Both the position numbers and the translations under genes were made by a program. The notes under the pieces are model-generated. The model did no database searches and was not told the origin of the DNA. It saw nothing but the letters and a program-made list of their open reading frames with translations. Shown here one piece after another: positions 23,319-24,210 of a stretch of DNA of 24,210 nt. Numbering within the stretch: position 1 is the first letter of the stretch; each line of letters starts with the position of its first letter. Location: positions 1 to 24,210 of IMG/VR virus record IMGVR_UViG_3300016457_001310, one strand, 5' to 3'.

Positions 23319-23543
23319 CTACTCTATGTAGTCGTCGTACAGAATTAGATACACGTATTCCTCGCATCTCCCTAGGTTCTCCTCTATCCTCTTCCTGAAA
23401 TCCTCGTGGGGGCTGAAGATGATGACCCATCGAGGGTACCGCCTCTTCATGTACTCCAACAGCTCCTCCCAGCTCCCGAACCTGAGGTATATAGTTTCAT
23501 CCGTCGACGCTATATCTATACGTGCACAGAGCACCATAAACAC
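23319..23543 (-). CDS. Hypothetical protein of about 72-74 aa
   Basis: Abuts hjc. GGTAGGTG RBS before the ATG at 23537. Ends with LILYDDYIE. Confidence 0.7.
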   Translation of the reverse strand: MFMVLCARIDIASTDETIYLRFGSWEELLEYMKRRYPRWVIIFSPHEDFRKRIEENLGRCEEYVYLILYDDYIE

Positions 23544-23625
23544 CTACCTACTCTACCTATCGCAACACTCCTTGGCTAGGTGCCTGAGGACGCGTCTGAG
23601 AACCATGGTCATCAACCTGAGCGCT

Positions 23626-23802
23626 CTATTCACATACCCTCTCTAGATCGGCTATTCTTCTTCTAATCCTATTGATCTCGCTCTTCAGCCTATACTTCCT
23701 CTGCTTCAACATCCTGATCTCCCGCTCCACCTCGCGTAGCTGGTTCTCCAGCATCTCCAGCTTCCTTTTGAGGATATCGTAGTCCATACATGTGCTCATC
23801 AT
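23626..23802 (-). CDS. 58-aa basic coiled-coil protein
   Basis: Not in the ORF track. MMSTCMDYDILKRKLEMLENQLREVEREIRMLKQRKYRLKSEINRIRRRIADLERVCE*. Starts immediately after the stop of the upstream gene. Confidence 0.7.
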   Translation of the reverse strand: MMSTCMDYDILKRKLEMLENQLREVEREIRMLKQRKYRLKSEINRIRRRIADLERVCE

Positions 23803-24210
23803 CTAGCTCGCCTCCCGCACCTCGCGTATTATGTCGGTTATCGGTATGTAGAGCCTGAGGACGGGGTACGTAGGCTTCTTGCTGGTTTCGTCGCTTGGTG
23901 TGGGGAGCTTCTTCGGCACCATGTGAAGCACGAGACCGTAGACCGATCTCCGCGGCTCTTCGAGCTCTACCCAGTCCAGCCTCGGCACAGTTATGAACAG
24001 CGCGTGGTTCTCAACGAACCTCTCCAGCTCCCTTAGGCTGGAGAACCTGAGGACAGCGTCTGCAACCCTATCCATCCGCGCGCTGTAGCTCTCCACCTTC
24101 TTGGTCAGCTCGTTGACGAACTCGCTTACGTAGCTCTGGAGCCTCTCGTAGCACTCCTTGCATAGGTAGAGATGGTAGTAGTCGGGTGGGTAGGCACCTG
24201 GTTTGTACGC
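23803..24210 (-). CDS. Partial hypothetical protein with a CxxC motif; 5' end outside the window
   Basis: The frame of track ORF 23803-24096 stays open to the window end: ...AYKPGAYPPDYYHLYLCKECYERLQSYVSEFVNELTKKVES... Confidence 0.75.
   Translation of the reverse strand, partial: AYKPGAYPPDYYHLYLCKECYERLQSYVSEFVNELTKKVESYSARMDRVADAVLRFSSLRELERFVENHALFITVPRLDWVELEEPRRSVYGLVLHMVPKKLPTPSDETSKKPTYPVLRLYIPITDIIREVREAS

Noticed and set aside
23553-23633. 26-aa minus-strand ORF MNRALRLMTMVLRRVLRHLAKECCDR
   Set aside because: It fills a gap, but is too short to support from sequence alone.

Overview
This window reads as a large segment of an archaeal virus genome, most likely a filamentous or rod-shaped virus of the realm Adnaviria (SIRV2-fold capsid) infecting a (hyper)thermophilic archaeon. 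Support: GGTG/GGAGG ribosome-binding sites, TATA boxes, oligo-T terminators and tight translational coupling. Positions 1-19627 form one long minus-strand morphogenesis block. It holds two paralogous SIRV2-like major capsid proteins, two GT4 glycosyltransferases and a 2082-aa repeat protein (tape-measure-like N-terminus, helical C-terminal repeats). It also holds a 448-aa aromatic-motif structural protein, a SAM methyltransferase and an alkaline-phosphatase-superfamily enzyme. Its distal part is a cluster of tail-fibre-like genes with internal duplications, a papain/transglutaminase-like cysteine hydrolase and small membrane proteins. To the right are divergent plus-strand genes (one with an RHH-like domain), an AT-rich intergenic region with nested inverted repeats, and a convergent minus-strand block containing a Holliday junction resolvase. 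The most notable observations are: (1) rudivirus-like gene order with two MCPs plus tailed-phage-like fibre parts; (2) a perfect 49-bp direct repeat inside two otherwise ~49%-identical paralogs that bracket a 4.9-kb fibre cassette; (3) a protease plus holin-like module; (4) apparently complete absence of CCGG. All family assignments are from motif recognition by eye, not database searches. No integrase, polymerase, tRNA or CRISPR array was seen.
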